From Podospora anserina (taxonomy: Eukaryota): a DNA stretch of 64,000 nt. Positions 61,296-64,000 of this stretch are shown one piece after another. How positions within the stretch are numbered: the first letter of the stretch is position 1; every line of letters starts with the position of its first letter. The notes beneath the pieces are model-generated. The model saw only the letters and a list, made by a program, of their open reading frames with translations. It was not told the DNA's origin and searched no databases. Location of the stretch: positions 3,224,001 through 3,288,000 of the forward strand of contig CM030334.1 of the NCBI GenBank assembly GCA_017654855.1. The letters run 5' to 3'. The position numbers were made by a program, and so were the translations under genes.

Positions 61296-63163
61296 GATGG
61301 CGGTGGGATGTGTGGCTGTGGTGGTTGTGGGAGCTGGGAGGGGGTTAGCTTGCGTTCTGAACGGGAGGGGAAATTGGTAGGGTGTTCTCTCCGAGGTGTG
61401 AATCCCCCTCCAGATCTGGGGAATCAAAAAGTCGGTTGCTCGACGACGACAAGAACAAACCTTTTTGTTATCTCCTTTTTCCCTTCTTCTCCTTCTCAGC
61501 AAACTATCGACCAGCGGCGCGAATCCAATCTCCGACTCGACTCGTGTGATTTACTATCTCTTCGGACCTTCGTTGACGAACTGACAATCTTCGGAATCGG
61601 CAGCAAAACAGTCGCGATAGCTGGGTCAATCAGCGATTCATGCCAAGGCCTACCCATCCCAGTCCAACCCCAACCCCGGAGCCGCCCAAACTCAAAACCA
61701 CGGAAGAAATTCTGCCGGGCTTTTCCGCTTTTTGGGACCGGAGCTTTTGGTGGGGGGTTCAAGGTTCCCCACTATAGCTCCCGCTTTCAAGTTCTCAAGG
61801 TGCCCAGCTTGAAATGACTTGGCACCGCCGCCGGGAGCTCCGTCATTGAGGATGGTACGGATGTCAGATGGTTCCGACCCGACCGAGCCGAGGACTTTTT
61901 AGCAATGCTGAGGATGAGGAGAATGAGATTATACTGCAACGATCAGAGAATGGTGAGGAAATCCATGGGGCTTGGGTTACACGGAGTACACACCCACCCA
62001 TCAACCACCACCATCACCAGCATTCCCGTCCCCCGGGCAGTTCGGCGATTCAGCTCCTTTGCGGGTAGGTAGCTTTGAGGCCGACGACAAAGTACCAGTA
62101 CATTGGTATGTACAGCTACTTTCGAGTTGTTTTGACACAAAGCACAACTCCGCAGGTTCCATTCAACACGAGACCCTGGAACAACCAACAACCCAAGGAA
62201 AGCTTGCGGTTCCACCTGGATGCGAGGAGGGGGGGGGGGGGGAAACATTCATCCAAGCCAAATCCTAACCGCCAAAATTGGCAACAGCTCGTCTGTCTGT
62301 CTGTTTGTTTGTTTGTTTGTTTGTTTGTCTGTCTGTCTGGCCGTCCAAGCCGGCATTTCAACATTTGTCAGTGGACAGTAGTTCCAGCCCGGAAATCTAT
62401 CCAACCATAGGAGGTGAGCTCTCAAACGACCCCCGCCATTGTAACACCACCACCACTTATCGACATCAGAATCGTGGGGTATCAACTTGGCGATGTGTTC
62501 GCAATGATTGAACAGAATGGGGAAAGTTGAAGTCCAGAATTCCAAATTCTACACAGAATAAGGGAGACAGAGACCCCCACGATCTTGATATCCTTGATCG
62601 AGGGCGCCATCCCAAAGCCAAGAAGGCCGCTCACCCGCATCGTCAAAAGCCAATTCCAAATACTACATCACTAGCCTCAACCTTTCTCGAGCAAGCATCT
62701 TCACTGCGTTTCCAGAACCTTGGCGTACATGAGATACAACTTCACTCACCACCATAGCAACAAAATGTAAAACATGTCGACACACATTCCTCTTTCGTTA
62801 TAATCCCCTAGTTCGCCATGTGGAGGATGTACCTCCTGAATGTTGGACCCCGACGCAATGCAAGCTGCAGGAACAGCCCGAGAACATAGTCAAGATAAGG
62901 AGCATGTGAAGCTCACCCTGGTCCCATGTGGGCAGGCAGTGACTATCATGACACCGGAGCTGCATACCACGAGGCAAGGCACTGCGGGATGACGGGCATC
63001 ATGTCCAACACAGCAGGTCCCCATCTGATCACCATGCATGTCGGGGGACAGAGGTACTGTGCATGTCCCTCTTCCAAATAGTCACAAGAAGCAGGGACGG
63101 AATTGACTCCCAGCTTGCTTGGGAACTGCCATCTCGAGTATCCTGGCGCAACCGTTCACCGAG

Positions 63164-63209
63164 GGATGGTATTCACTCACGGATGGTATTCACTCACGGA
63201 TGGTATTCA
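63164..63209. repeat. 17-bp tandem repeat GGATGGTATTCACTCAC x2.7
   Basis: Perfect copies at 63164-63180 and 63181-63197, partial copy at 63198-63209. Confidence 0.9.
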
Positions 63210-63625
63210 TGAAGATACACTTTCGGACGAAAATCATGGACCATCACAAGCACAAAATCTCTCACGGTAAACCAAGTACAGCAACAAATCACTTCCATAT
63301 CTTCATTAAAGTGCTTAGCTATGTAACTAAAAAAATCACAACAAGAGGTGTTCAAATCCCATCCCTTGATTTCCCATCCATGACCGTCCCCACCACCCAT
63401 CCGTACACAACCCCCCCAATGTCTAGCATCTTTTCCACATGTTGCATGGATAGCAAACAAAAGACGAAAAGACATCAGACAATACAGAGTTCAAAAAAAA
63501 TAAAAAAAATAAAAATCATGACCAAATAATTCCATTCGTTGACGTAAAAAAACGTGTAGTTTCCTCTAAACCCATGTCCGTTTGCGCGCCAACTTTTGAT
63601 TTGTCTAACAATGCCCAAAAACCGC

Positions 63626-64000
63626 TTACATCTGCACCTCAACACGGCCCTCGGCGCCTGGAGGACCAGACTGCTGGAGGGAAGGAAGAAGGTAGGTGAT
63701 ATCATCCCAAGGATGGCGGTAGAGGCCAGTACGCAGTCTCTTCTGATCGAGGTAGTGGGCAATAAGACCAATGCTGCGACCAAGAACAAAGAGACCGTTG
63801 AGCACACCCATGCCGAGGTAGTCCTCGGCCTCCTCGGCGGTGAAGGCACCGCAGTTTCTGACCAGGTCCACGAAGCAGACGGCAATGCAGCCGTCGACGT
63901 TGAGAATGAGGTTGTCCTTCTTGGAGGTGGTGACGGTCTCGACGGCGAGCGCATAGTCGAGAAGCTTGTGGTTGGGGAACTTGGCCTTGACGTACTCCTT
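63626..64000 (-). CDS. ACL1: ATP-citrate lyase subunit 1, 3' end (gene continues beyond the window)
   Basis: [77 protein letters not shown]. Confidence 0.95.
   Translation of the reverse strand, partial: KEYVKAKFPNHKLLDYALAVETVTTSKKDNLILNVDGCIAVCFVDLVRNCGAFTAEEAEDYLGMGVLNGLFVLGRSIGLIAHYLDQKRLRTGLYRHPWDDITYLLPSLQQSGPPGAEGRVEVQM

Noticed and set aside
63164-63209. Direct repeats as a CRISPR-like array
   Set aside because: Head-to-tail with no spacers, in a eukaryotic context

Overview
Gene-dense, intron-containing euchromatin from a filamentous ascomycete. It is a Sordariomycete and most likely Sordariales, Podospora-like; this is inferred from gene content, short introns with CTRAC branch points, a RIP-like relic and many microsatellites. 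About 20 protein-coding genes can be modelled by hand: NFU1, a zf-HIT protein with an apparent frameshift, a hypothetical protein, a Ras-like/RasGEF fusion, two Zn2Cys6 transcription factors, a phenol-2-monooxygenase-like flavoprotein, a Cys-rich single-pass membrane protein, a small secreted protein, NDC1, PEP12, COX18, ALG11, TRM2, a CENP-Q/Okp1-like protein with an AT-hook array, a thioredoxin-like membrane protein, NKP2/CNL2, EAF3, MRPL33 and the 3' end of ACL1. A ~1.3 kb AT-rich relic with degenerate terminal inverted repeats lies at 1587-2926. The most interesting signals are hidden protein isoforms. (i) The monooxygenase ends in TGA-CTA-G, and readthrough would expose a canonical PTS1 (-SRL). 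(ii) The 1.44 kb first intron of EAF3 holds a 228-codon ORF ending at an in-phase GTATGT donor, which could replace the chromodomain exon. (iii) The RasGEF and EAF3 TAG stops are followed by open, protein-like frames, so they are candidates for A-to-I stop-loss editing. All gene models and family names come from reading the sequence; no searches were run.
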